NCBI GenBank assembly: GCA_003248075.1 | Contig: QJYK01000207.1 | Location: 4,603-68,602, forward strand | DNA length: 64,000 bases | Direction: 5' to 3' | From: Gemmatimonadota bacterium | Lineage (GTDB): Bacteria; Gemmatimonadota; Gemmatimonadetes; Longimicrobiales; Gaopeijiaceae | Part shown: piece after piece, positions 20,996 through 30,306 of the stretch | How the letters are laid out: every line of letters starts with the position of its first letter | Numbering within the stretch: the stretch's first letter is position 1 | Position numbers and translations under genes: made by a program | The notes under the pieces: generated by a model | The model's input: the letters and a program-made list of their open reading frames with translations, nothing else | What the model was told of the DNA's origin: nothing | The model's database searches: none

Positions 20996-21171
20996 GCGTC
21001 ACCTCCATCCATGAACGGCATCCGGCCGATCTCCTCCATCATCGCCCGATGCTTCGGTCGATAGGCCCAGAAGACCCACCCGAGGAACACGGCCAGGAAC
21101 ACGACCGTCATCGCCCCCAGGACCCACCCGAGCTGGACGGACGCCGCGGCCTCCCTGAGAAGCGGGTTCAC
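20992..21171 (-). CDS. ccoQ: cbb3 oxidase subunit CcoQ (59 aa, absent from the ORF track)
   Basis: Hand translation MNPLLREAAASVQLGWVLGAMTVVFLAVFLGWVFWAYRPKHRAMMEEIGRMPFMDGGDA; GTGA overlaps with both ccoO and ccoP. Confidence 0.88.
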   Translation of the reverse strand: MNPLLREAAASVQLGWVLGAMTVVFLAVFLGWVFWAYRPKHRAMMEEIGRMPFMDGGDA

Positions 21172-21896
21172 TGTCCACCTCCCTGCGTGGCGAGGTGCTG
21201 CCTGCCCTCGACGCCGAGCCTCTGCAGGTACGCGATCAGCGCTACGATCTCGTCGTCCCAGGCGGCGGTGATCCCTGCCTGGGCGAGGTTGTCCACGATC
21301 ATCTGCCCGTCGGAACGGAGCCGGGCCGTCACCGCGCCCTCCTCCGTGGTCGTGTACGGCGTGCCGAGCTTGGCGAGCGCGGCCATGGAAGCCGTGACGT
21401 CGGCGGGATCGATCTTGTCCCGATGGAGCCAGGGATAGGTCGGCATCACCGAACCCGGTGAGGTCGCACGCGGATCACGCATGTGCTCGTAGTGCCACGC
21501 GTCCGGGTATTTCTGTCCGACCCTCTGCAGATCGGGGCCCAGGCGCCGGGACCCGAGCAGGAAAGGCCGGTCGTACTGGTATTCGGCGGCCCGGGTCCAT
21601 TCTCCGTAGCGTAGCATCTCGGCGCGCATGGGCCGGACCATCTGCGAATGGCACAGGTAGCACCCTTCACGGATGTAGATGTCCCGGCCGGCCACTTCCA
21701 GCGGGGCGTACGGCGTCACCCAGCCGGCCCGCTCCCACGACAGGGAGGATGTGCTGAACATCGGGATGATCTCCACCACGCCACCGACCGAGATCGCGAC
21801 CGTCGTCGCGATCGCGAAGATCGCCGCCTTCCCTTCGAAGAGTCGGCGGTGGAGTCGGCCATAGGCCTTCTCGGACTGGCTCTGATCGTTGCTCAT
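21168..21896 (-). CDS. ccoO: cbb3 oxidase subunit II CcoO
   Basis: GRDIYIREGCYLCHSQMVRP, GSRRLGPDL, SVMPTYPWL, ALIAYLQRLG. Confidence 0.96.
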   Translation of the reverse strand: MSNDQSQSEKAYGRLHRRLFEGKAAIFAIATTVAISVGGVVEIIPMFSTSSLSWERAGWVTPYAPLEVAGRDIYIREGCYLCHSQMVRPMRAEMLRYGEWTRAAEYQYDRPFLLGSRRLGPDLQRVGQKYPDAWHYEHMRDPRATSPGSVMPTYPWLHRDKIDPADVTASMAALAKLGTPYTTTEEGAVTARLRSDGQMIVDNLAQAGITAAWDDEIVALIAYLQRLGVEGRQHLATQGGGQ

Positions 21897-21906
21897 GGGT
21901 CGCCTC

Positions 21907-23358
21907 TCAGTCCGCGGCTACGGGCACGGGCTCGGCCGCCGGCCGCTCCGGTCCACGGATCGTCTGCCAGAAGTTCACAGCCATCATCACCGCCCCGGTG
22001 AGGTACATCGCTCCGCCCAGGAGTCGAATCCACAGGAACGGATTGAGGCGCGCCGTGATGTCCACGAAGATCGGGTTCGCGAGCTGGCCGGCGTCGTTGA
22101 GCGCACGCCACTGCAGCCCTTCCATGAGGCCCGCGGCCCACATGGACACGGTGTAGAGCACGATGCCGATGGTCGCCAGCCAGAAGTGGTGTGACGCCCA
22201 AGTCGGGTGCGCCAAGGGCCGCTTCCAGATGTTCTGCACCATCCAGTACAACATCCCGAACGAGATCATCCCCACCCATCCGAGCGCCCCGGAGTGGACA
22301 TGTCCGATGACCCAGTTGGTGTAGTGCGCGAGCCCATTGACCGCGCGGATCGACATCATCGGGCCCTCGAACGTGCTCATGCCGTAGAAGCTCACCGCAA
22401 CCACCATGAACTTCAGGATCGGATCGGTTCGGACCCGATCCCAGGCGCCACGGAGCGTCAGGAGCCCGTTGAGCATACCGCCCCATGAGGGCGCGATCAG
22501 CATGACGCTGAACACCATGCCCAGCGTTTGCGCCCAATCGGGAAGCGCCGAGTACAGGAGGTGGTGCGGCCCGGCCCAGATGTACAGAAAGACCAGGGCC
22601 CAGAAATGGATGATCGACAGCCGATAGCTGTAGACCGGTCGCTCGGCCGCCCGCGGCAGATAGTAGTACATGAGGCCCAGGAAGGGCGTGGTCAGGAAGA
22701 AGCCCACAGCGTTGTGTCCGTACCACCACTGCACGAGCGCGTCCGTGAGACCGGAGTAGACGGGGTAGGAGCGGAACCAGGTCGCCGGAACCGCCAAGCT
22801 GTTCACGATGTGCAGCACCGCGATCGTGATCACGAAGGACATGTAGAACCAGATCGCGACGTAGAGGTGCTGTACCTTCCGGCGCGCGAGGGTCCCGAAG
22901 AAGTTCACGCCGAAGACCACCCAGACGACGGTGATCAGCACGTCGATGGGCCAGATGAGCTCGGCGTACTCCTTCGATTGGGTCATGCCGAGGGGCAGCG
23001 TCACGGCAGCCAGCACGATGATGGACTGCCACCCCCAGAAGTGCACCCGCGACAGCGTGTCGCTGAACATCCGGGTGCGCAGCAGCCGCTGCGTGGAATG
23101 GTAGATGCCCGTGAAGACCACGTTGCCGCCGAAGGCGAAGATCACGGCGTTGGTGTGCAAGGGTCGCAGGCGACCGAACGTCGTCCATGGCAGCCCGAGA
23201 TTCGCGGGCCACCAAGCCAGCTGGAGCGCGATGATCACGCCGACCAGCATGCCCACGAGGGCCCAGACCACCGTCGCCGTGAAGAACATCTTCACGATGT
23301 CGAGGTCGTAGCCGACGTCCGTTCCGGCGGCGACTGTACCCGTCGTCGTCTTTTCCAT
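21907..23358 (-). CDS. ccoN: cbb3 oxidase catalytic subunit CcoN
   Basis: [48 protein letters not shown]. An alternative start lies at 23388. Confidence 0.97.
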   Translation of the reverse strand: MEKTTTGTVAAGTDVGYDLDIVKMFFTATVVWALVGMLVGVIIALQLAWWPANLGLPWTTFGRLRPLHTNAVIFAFGGNVVFTGIYHSTQRLLRTRMFSDTLSRVHFWGWQSIIVLAAVTLPLGMTQSKEYAELIWPIDVLITVVWVVFGVNFFGTLARRKVQHLYVAIWFYMSFVITIAVLHIVNSLAVPATWFRSYPVYSGLTDALVQWWYGHNAVGFFLTTPFLGLMYYYLPRAAERPVYSYRLSIIHFWALVFLYIWAGPHHLLYSALPDWAQTLGMVFSVMLIAPSWGGMLNGLLTLRGAWDRVRTDPILKFMVVAVSFYGMSTFEGPMMSIRAVNGLAHYTNWVIGHVHSGALGWVGMISFGMLYWMVQNIWKRPLAHPTWASHHFWLATIGIVLYTVSMWAAGLMEGLQWRALNDAGQLANPIFVDITARLNPFLWIRLLGGAMYLTGAVMMAVNFWQTIRGPERPAAEPVPVAAD

Positions 23359-23436
23359 AAGGTTCCCTGATGAGGGTGGCTCCAGCATCCTCGATTGCGA
23401 CTACGCACCTGCGCGGGCAGTGCCCGCCTGAGCCCC

Positions 23437-24309
23437 ATGCTCCCAGCCATCGCCGCGGCGGCCCTCGCCGGCCTCCTCGGTAGTCCACACTGCGTCGGGA
23501 TGTGCGGTCCCTTCGCCCTCGCGTGCGGCGGTCGTCTGAGCCACGGCCTCGCTTGGCACGCGGGAAAGACGCTCACCTACGCGACGCTGGGGGCCCTCGC
23601 AGGGTGGACCGGACACTCCGTGCCGGGTCCCGCCTGGGTGGCCACAGCGATCTCCGCCGCACTCGTGGTCTGGTTCGCCGCCGCGCTCGCGGGATTGGCC
23701 CCCGAACCGGCCCTGCGGGTCCCGGGCCTCTCGCGTCTCGCCGGACGCGCGGCCCAGCGGGGCGACCTCGCCTCCCGGTTTCTCTTCGGAGTCGCGAACG
23801 GGACGCTGCCCTGCGGGCTCGTCTACGCGGCGTTGGGCGTCGCGGTGGCTTCCGCCGACCCGCTCACCGGATGCCTCGCCATGGCGGCCTTCGGCCTCGG
23901 CACGGTGCCGGCCCTGACGGCGTTCACCCTGGGCATGCGACGCCTGGCCGCGGACCGCCCCTGGACTCGGAGGGCGTTGGCCGCCCTCGTCCTCGTCACC
24001 GGACTGTGGATGGTGGTGCACCGGCAGCGCATGGCCCCCGGACACACCCCACCTGACCCGCCCTCAAACAGCATGCGGTTGAACGTCGGTCCGCGGCAGG
24101 TTTCCTACAGTCGGGAAGAACCGGAATCGTTCTGTGGGAGGTTGCCCCACACCCCTTGTGCGGGGTCGAGTCTGGATCACGTCGTCCCGTCCGCGACCTT
24201 CGAGGTCCGCGCCTCGGCCTGTGGCGTCGGAGTGCCTCGAGGATCCCTGAAACAGTCTGGGCGCGCGCGGACGTATTGGGAACTCCGGCCGGTAGTCAGG
24301 GGTCCGTGA
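23437..24309 (+). CDS. DsbD_2/TauE-SafE-like membrane protein associated with cbb3; C-terminal ~85 codons doubtful
   Basis: GSPHCVGMCGPF and LPCGLVYAAL motifs. The family-like sequence ends near 24055 but the frame stays open to 24309. Confidence 0.85.
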   Translation: MLPAIAAAALAGLLGSPHCVGMCGPFALACGGRLSHGLAWHAGKTLTYATLGALAGWTGHSVPGPAWVATAISAALVVWFAAALAGLAPEPALRVPGLSRLAGRAAQRGDLASRFLFGVANGTLPCGLVYAALGVAVASADPLTGCLAMAAFGLGTVPALTAFTLGMRRLAADRPWTRRALAALVLVTGLWMVVHRQRMAPGHTPPDPPSNSMRLNVGPRQVSYSREEPESFCGRLPHTPCAGSSLDHVVPSATFEVRASACGVGVPRGSLKQSGRARTYWELRPVVRGP

Positions 24310-24367
24310 GCAAAGGCGGAGCGGACGGTCCCGCCCACCTACCGACGACCCGAACTGGAGTTCCCCC

Positions 24368-25525
24368 ATGGCCCGGACCCCTCGTGTGGTGCTCCTCGCG
24401 TCCGTGACCGCGATCGCAGTGCCTGCTGCCGGAGCACAGGAGCCCGTGCTCCGGTCCGCGTACCACGACTATCGCGTGGTGCCGGTCGCGGAGGGGCTGG
24501 TCAATCCATGGTCGATGACCTGGCTGCCCACCGGGGACATGCTGATCACCGAGCGGCCGGGACGCCTCCGCATCGTACGGGCGGGCCGGCTCCTCCCGGA
24601 CCCCGTCCAAGGCGTCCCGGCGGTGCACGCGCAGGGCCAGGGTGGGCTGCTGGACGTGCTGCCGCACCCGGATTTCGCCTCAAACCGACTCCTGTACCTG
24701 TCCTACTCGAAGCCCCTCGAGGACGGCGGGTCCACCACCGCGGTGGCGCGGGGTCGCTTCGAGAACGATCGGTTGGTCGGAGTCCGCGACATCTTCGTCG
24801 CGGACACTCGAGGCAACGGCCACTACGGGTCGAGGCTCGCCTTCGACCGGGACGGGTTCCTGTTCGTGACCGTGGGCGACCGGCAGGCGCCCCCCAGCGG
24901 TGACCTGGAGGGCCATCCGGCGCAGGATCGCTCCAACCATCACGGCACCATCAACCGCCTCCGCGACGACGGAAGCGTGCCGGACGACAATCCGTTCGTC
25001 GGCCAGGAAGGGATTCGGCCGGAAATCTGGAGCTGGGGCCACCGCAATCCCCAGGGCCTGGCGATCGACCCCGAGACGGGCGCCGTCTGGGCGACGGAGC
25101 ACGGGCCGCAGGGCGGCGACGAGCTCAACCTGATCCGACCGGGCACGAACTACGGTTGGCCGGTGGTCGGGTACGGGGTCAACTACCGGACGGGACTCGC
25201 GATCCACGAGGGGACGATGCGGGAGGGCATGGAGGGCCCCGTCGACCTTTGGATTCCTTCGATCGCGACGTCGGGGTTGGCCGTATACAGGGGCGACCGC
25301 TTCCCGCACTGGAGGGGAAGCCTCCTCGTGGGGGGTCTCGCGGGCCAGCAGATCGCCCGGCTCACGCTGGAAGGGCAGCGCGTCGTCTCGGAGGAGACGC
25401 TGCTCCAGGGCCTGGGTCGCGTGCGGGACGTCCGTCAGGGGCCGGACGGCTACATCTACGTGGCGCTCGAGGACCGGGACGGTGCGCCGACGCCGGTCGT
25501 TCGCCTCGAACCGGTCGGGGGTTGA
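24368..25525 (+). CDS. PQQ-dependent glucose/sorbosone dehydrogenase-family protein
   Basis: Signal peptide, PWSMTWLP, ERPGRL, GQGGLLDV, GHRNPQG, EHGPQGGDELN, NYGWP. Confidence 0.93.
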   Translation: MARTPRVVLLASVTAIAVPAAGAQEPVLRSAYHDYRVVPVAEGLVNPWSMTWLPTGDMLITERPGRLRIVRAGRLLPDPVQGVPAVHAQGQGGLLDVLPHPDFASNRLLYLSYSKPLEDGGSTTAVARGRFENDRLVGVRDIFVADTRGNGHYGSRLAFDRDGFLFVTVGDRQAPPSGDLEGHPAQDRSNHHGTINRLRDDGSVPDDNPFVGQEGIRPEIWSWGHRNPQGLAIDPETGAVWATEHGPQGGDELNLIRPGTNYGWPVVGYGVNYRTGLAIHEGTMREGMEGPVDLWIPSIATSGLAVYRGDRFPHWRGSLLVGGLAGQQIARLTLEGQRVVSEETLLQGLGRVRDVRQGPDGYIYVALEDRDGAPTPVVRLEPVGG

Positions 25526-25571
25526 GGTCCCGGAGCTCGCTCCCCCGGGAACGAGCCCGCCGGACGTCAGG

Positions 25572-27497
25572 TCAGATCAGCCGGTTGGCCAGATAGGCAC
25601 CGAGGTAGGCCAGAGCCAGCATGTAGGAGAACTGTAGCGCCGGCCATCTCCACCCGTTGGTCTCCCGGCGCATGACCGCGACCGTGGACATGCACTGGAG
25701 CGCGAACGCGAAGAAGACCAGCAGGGCCACTGCCCCACCCAGATCGAGGTCCCGCCTCAGCGCGGCCTGCAGCTCGAGGGACCCCTCGTCGGCGTCCTGC
25801 ACGCCGTTGATCGTCCCCAGGGTGCCTACGATGACTTCCCGGGCGGCGAGCGACGAGACGAGTCCGATCCCGATCTTCCAGTCGAAGCCGAGGGGACGGA
25901 TCACGGGCTCGACGACGTGGCCGGCCACGCCCAGCGCGCTGCGCTCGATGGGGGGCGGGGAGCCGCCCGAGCGCGGAACCTGCGTGAGCAGCCAGAGGAC
26001 CACGGCGACTCCGAGGATCACGCGACCCGCCCGCCGCAGAAAGACCTTCGAGCGATCGAGCAGGCGCAGGCCGAGGGACGCGAGGGATGGGATCCGGTAC
26101 GACGGCAGCTCCATGAGAAACGGCGCGGCGTGGCCGCGCAGGATCGTGCGCCGGATCAAGAAGGCGGTGCCGACCGCCGCGCCCACCCCCAGCCCGTAGA
26201 GTCCGAGCAGCGTCGCGGCGCGCGTCCCCATGAGCGGTCCCACGACCGGCCTCTCGGGTACGAACGCCGCGATCAACAGGGCATAGACCGGCAATCGCGC
26301 CGAGCAGGTCATGAATGGCGTGACGAAGATGGTGGTCAGCCGGTCCCGCTCGTCCTCGACCGTCCGGGCCGAGAGGATGGCGGGCACGGCGCACGCATAG
26401 GCCGACAGGAGCGGGAGAAAGGCGCGCCCCTGGAGCCCGACGCGGTACATGAGCCTGTCGGCGATCACCGCGGCCCGCGCCATGTATCCCGAGTCCTCCA
26501 TCACGCCCAGGAACAGGAAGAGGACCAGGATCTGGGGCAGGAATACCAGAACCGACCCCACACCGGCCCAGACCCCGTCCACGAGCAGGCTGCGGAACCA
26601 CGAGGGTGGAAGGGCCCCTCGCACCCATTCCCCCGAGGTCGCGATGAGCCACTCGACCCCGTCCATCAGCGGGGTCGCCCACGTGAACATGGCCTGGAAT
26701 ACGACCAACACCACCACGAGGAACACGAGGGGCCCCCAGACCCGGTGGAGCAGCACCGAGTCCAGGCGCTCCTGGAGGGGGGACGGTCCGGCCGGAGCGA
26801 AGCGCGCGTCCCGGGCCAACGCCCTCACGCGTTGGCGCCGCTGGGCGAACACGTCCACCATGGGTAGCTGAACCCCGTGCGGGACATTCCGGACCGCGGG
26901 GCAGGGCCGCTCCGGGAACGCCCCTCTGTCGACGGCGCCGGCCAGAAAACGATCCACCGCTCCCATCCCCCGCCCGGTGCGCACCGCCGCGCGCACGACC
27001 TCCACGCCGAGTTGGTCTGCGAGCAGCTCCTCGTCGATGCGACCCCCGCGGCGATCGAGCTCGTCGGACATGTTGAGCACCAGCAGCGTGGGCACACCCA
27101 ACTCGAGGACCGGCTCGCACAGCATGAGCTGCTGCTCGAAGCGCGTGACATCCACGATCAGGACCACCGCGTCCGGTGGCCGTATGCCCTCCGCACGACC
27201 CTCGAGCACGTCACGGGTGATCCGCTCGTCCAGCGTGCGGGCGGAGAATCCGTTCACACCGGGCAGGTCGACGACGTCGATCTCGCGGCCGTCCCTCAGG
27301 CGCGCACGTCCGACCTTCCGCTCGACGGTCACGCCCGGGTAGTTCGCGACCTTCTGGCGAAGGCCGGTCAGCCGATTGAAGAGCGTCGACTTGCCGGAAT
27401 TCGGTGGACCCACGAGGGCCACCAGCGGGCGCTGGGCGCCCTCCACCGGCCAGGCCGGTCGCTTCGAGACGTCAGAGTGGGTGGATCGGGCAGACAA
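25572..27497 (-). CDS. feoB: Ferrous iron transporter FeoB
   Basis: GPPNSGKST, VANYPGVTVE, DLPG, EDSGYMARAA, PFMTCSARLPVY, MELPSYRIP. Confidence 0.96.
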   Translation of the reverse strand: MSARSTHSDVSKRPAWPVEGAQRPLVALVGPPNSGKSTLFNRLTGLRQKVANYPGVTVERKVGRARLRDGREIDVVDLPGVNGFSARTLDERITRDVLEGRAEGIRPPDAVVLIVDVTRFEQQLMLCEPVLELGVPTLLVLNMSDELDRRGGRIDEELLADQLGVEVVRAAVRTGRGMGAVDRFLAGAVDRGAFPERPCPAVRNVPHGVQLPMVDVFAQRRQRVRALARDARFAPAGPSPLQERLDSVLLHRVWGPLVFLVVVLVVFQAMFTWATPLMDGVEWLIATSGEWVRGALPPSWFRSLLVDGVWAGVGSVLVFLPQILVLFLFLGVMEDSGYMARAAVIADRLMYRVGLQGRAFLPLLSAYACAVPAILSARTVEDERDRLTTIFVTPFMTCSARLPVYALLIAAFVPERPVVGPLMGTRAATLLGLYGLGVGAAVGTAFLIRRTILRGHAAPFLMELPSYRIPSLASLGLRLLDRSKVFLRRAGRVILGVAVVLWLLTQVPRSGGSPPPIERSALGVAGHVVEPVIRPLGFDWKIGIGLVSSLAAREVIVGTLGTINGVQDADEGSLELQAALRRDLDLGGAVALLVFFAFALQCMSTVAVMRRETNGWRWPALQFSYMLALAYLGAYLANRLI

Positions 27498-27515
27498 AGC
27501 GACTCGGCCGTCTCG

Positions 27516-27848
27516 TCACCTCGGACCGGGGGTCGGGTCCCCGTCCTGGACGAAGTCGCCATCGGCGAGCCGTACGCACAGGCAGCCGGCCATCTCGCGT
27601 CTGAGGGCCAGGAGGTTCCCGTCCACGGTGACGATCGGGTCTCCCCCGGGGGATCGCCTCACCGGACACATGCGGCACCCGGGAAGCAGGCCACGCTCCA
27701 GGAGGGGCTCCACCTGCTCGATCGGAAGGTCGATGCGCACCAGCTCGACGGTCTGCTGGAGGGGCACCGCGTCGAGCCGGAGCTCCTGCGGCTGCTCAGG
27801 GACGCTTCCGGCCGTGGGGCCCACCGTGGGGAGGCTGCGGGGCGACAT
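27516..27848 (-). CDS. feoA: Ferrous iron transport protein FeoA
   Basis: LLERGLLPG..RRSPGGDPIVTVDGNLLALRR; directly upstream of feoB. Confidence 0.9.
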   Translation of the reverse strand: MSPRSLPTVGPTAGSVPEQPQELRLDAVPLQQTVELVRIDLPIEQVEPLLERGLLPGCRMCPVRRSPGGDPIVTVDGNLLALRREMAGCLCVRLADGDFVQDGDPTPGPR

Positions 27849-27881
27849 CGCGAGGAATCGCGCGGGGTTTCGAGGATCGGG

Positions 27882-27896
27882 TGAGAATGAATCTCA
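27882..27896. promoter_or_regulatory. Fur-type 7-1-7 inverted repeat upstream of feoA
   Basis: TGAGAAT-G-AATCTCA, arms match 6/7; an AT-rich island about 35 nt upstream of the feoA start. Confidence 0.7.
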
Positions 27897-27968
27897 ACTA
27901 CGAAGATACCAGGGTACCCGAGCACCGCAATACGTCCGGCAGGTCGCCGAAGAATGGGAGCGGCTCGG

Positions 27969-28979
27969 TCACGAGCCCTGTCCTTCCCCCACGCGATGCC
28001 GTTCCAGGAAGTCCTCGGTGCCATCGGGCACCAGGAGGCTATCCGAGATCGCCGCAATCTCCTCGGCTTCCTTCCACGCCCGCTCCAGCAGCCACAGCTC
28101 CCCTTCGAGCGCGCGCCTTTCCTGCTCCTCGTGAAGCGCCATCTCCACGGCCAGCTTGGTCGCCTTGGGCATCTTGTTCACGTAGCCGGGTACGCCCTTC
28201 TTGTCCCTGAAGCGGTCTCCCGAGGCGATCTCGCGCAGAAACGCTTCCGGGTGGCCGACGCCCTCGATGTGGCTCACCGCGTCCTGTACGGTCTCCTGCT
28301 TCCCGCCGGCGGCGTTCATCTTGGGAAGGATGGCTCCGGCCACGCGCCGTGCCTCGTCGCCCCGGAACCACCGCGTCTTCTTCCCCTTCCTGACCTCCAC
28401 CGAAAAGCCCAGCGGGTCGTCGGAAGACCGCAGCCGGGTCCCGAGCAGGTCGATGCGCTTGAGGCGGAGGACGGCACCGTCATCGGTGCGGAGCTTCACG
28501 CGCGTGCGCCCGTTCACCCACATGCTCCACCAGTTCCCGCTCTGCGACAGGAGCGCACCGCTCAGCACTCCGGTGGCGGCCCCGCCGATCATCACGCCGG
28601 CGAAGACCGCGGCGCCACCGACGCCCAGGAGGATCTGCTTCTTCCGGCGCCGCCCGAACTGATCGCCGTAACGCCAGGCGGCGAACTCGGGCCTCATCGG
28701 TCTCCCGACGCGCACCAGCTCGAGTCCCTCCGGGTGCCGCGCGAGCCCGATGTTCTCGGTCGACACCCGAACCCGCGTGCCCCTGAAGACCTCCTCCAGT
28801 GCCTCGACCGCCTCCCAGCGCTCCTCCATCGGGGAGAGGTTCCACCGCTCGCAGCGGCGACACACCACCCACAGGCGACCGCGCTCCGCATCGAAGGCCA
28901 GGCGCCTTCCCACCGGGAACGTCTCGACCACCTGATTCGACCCGAGCGCGCGATTGCAGAACATGCACGTCGTGTACAA
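27969..28979 (-). CDS. Hypothetical protein with N-terminal double CxxC (zinc-finger-like)
   Basis: TTG start after GGAGGAGG gives (M)YTTCMFC..VVCRRCERWNL, a TM segment and EMALHEEQERRALEGEL. The upstream part of the tracked 707-aa ORF is shadow. Confidence 0.8.
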   Translation of the reverse strand: MYTTCMFCNRALGSNQVVETFPVGRRLAFDAERGRLWVVCRRCERWNLSPMEERWEAVEALEEVFRGTRVRVSTENIGLARHPEGLELVRVGRPMRPEFAAWRYGDQFGRRRKKQILLGVGGAAVFAGVMIGGAATGVLSGALLSQSGNWWSMWVNGRTRVKLRTDDGAVLRLKRIDLLGTRLRSSDDPLGFSVEVRKGKKTRWFRGDEARRVAGAILPKMNAAGGKQETVQDAVSHIEGVGHPEAFLREIASGDRFRDKKGVPGYVNKMPKATKLAVEMALHEEQERRALEGELWLLERAWKEAEEIAAISDSLLVPDGTEDFLERHRVGEGQGS

Positions 28980-29240
28980 ACGTCCCTCCTCCCCGAATCC
29001 TTCCATCCCGACGTCCCGAGTACGCGTCGGGCCCGCCCCGCCTTCAGCCTGACGTTCCGGGCAGCCGGTCCGCTCTCGCCGAAGCGCCCCAAGAAAGAAT
29101 AGCCGACCCCAATCCGCGTCGCCCCCGGCGCGTGCCGCGAGCCCGGCGGCGCGACAAAACAAAACGACCGCCTCCTCCGTAGTGGCCTTCGGGGCGCGCG
29201 ATTCGGCGCTCTCGCGGACGCGAAAGGGAGGAGGTCGGAG

Positions 29241-30299
29241 ATGCACGACGAGTTCGAGCGGGCGATGGCCGGCGAGCCACGGCGGCGTGGGCTTTCCGCC
29301 CTCGGATGGCTCATGGTGTTCCTGGGCTTCTTCTTCGTGGTCGGTGTCGTGGGCGTCGGCTGGGCCATCTCGAAGGCGACCCACCGGGCCAAGGACCTTG
29401 CCGCCCAGTTCGCGGCCGGCTTCCATCCCGTCGAGATCGCCAACGATGTGGTCTCGCGTCTGCGCACCCACGAGCGACTTCTCGCGATGACCCCGGACGA
29501 GGGCTTGAGATACCTCAGGGGGCTGGACGCCGGCGATCCGGCGGAGGCCGTGCTCCAGGACGTGGTCGCGCTCCCGTTCCGGACCCTCGGCGACGTGTCC
29601 TCCGCGCTCGAGCGCGAGGCACGCACCGGCGGATCGGCGAGCCGCGACGGCTCGCTCACGCTGCATTCCGATCAGGGGGACGTGCGCTTCGATCTCCAGC
29701 GGCGGGATGACGGTGCCTCGTTGGTCATCGACTCCAACGACGGACGCGTGCGCCTCGATCTCGGTCGCACCGGAAACGGTGGCTTCCTCACCATCGACTC
29801 CGACGACGGAAGCGCGCGACTCGATCTCGCCCGCACGGAGAACGGCGGGACCCTCACCATCGACTCCGACCAGGGCACGATCCGGGTCGAGGCCACCGGT
29901 GGCGAGGACCGGGCCCGCGTCGAGATAAGCTCGGACGACGGGGAGGTCCTCCGCCTGGGCCTCGGCGGCGACGCGGCCGAGATCCCCGGCTGGGTTCCGC
30001 GTTTGGACGGCATGCCCGACGCTCCACGTCCGGTCTACTCCCTCGAGGCCTCGGAAGGCGTGCTGGGAGGCGTGACCTGGGCGAGTGACCACTCATCCGA
30101 GGACGTGCTCGACTTCTATCGGAATCGACTGGAGGACGCGGGCTACGACCTCCGGGCCGAGCACTCGAGGCGCGGCGCCGGCTTCGACGAGGGCTCACTC
30201 TGGGCCCGGGACGAGGGCGATGGCCGTCTCGTCTTCGTGGTCGCGCGCAGCGATCGCGAGGGGACGCGCGTCCTGCTCGGATACGGAGAGCGACGCTAG
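29241..30299 (+). CDS. Membrane-anchored hypothetical protein with internal 22-aa repeats
   Basis: GGAGGAGG RBS, one TM helix, five LxIDSDxG-type repeats. Confidence 0.8.
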   Translation: MHDEFERAMAGEPRRRGLSALGWLMVFLGFFFVVGVVGVGWAISKATHRAKDLAAQFAAGFHPVEIANDVVSRLRTHERLLAMTPDEGLRYLRGLDAGDPAEAVLQDVVALPFRTLGDVSSALEREARTGGSASRDGSLTLHSDQGDVRFDLQRRDDGASLVIDSNDGRVRLDLGRTGNGGFLTIDSDDGSARLDLARTENGGTLTIDSDQGTIRVEATGGEDRARVEISSDDGEVLRLGLGGDAAEIPGWVPRLDGMPDAPRPVYSLEASEGVLGGVTWASDHSSEDVLDFYRNRLEDAGYDLRAEHSRRGAGFDEGSLWARDEGDGRLVFVVARSDREGTRVLLGYGERR

Positions 30300-30306
30300 G
30301 GAAGCG

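Noticed and set aside
24060..24310. 6S, SRP or riboswitch identity for the structured segment
   Set aside because: I could not match the diagnostic motifs of any of these by eye; kept only as an unassigned candidate.
28980..30092. N-terminal half of the 707-aa ORF, suggesting a large fusion
   Set aside because: Antisense to the 29241 gene; the real start is TTG 28979 with a strong RBS.
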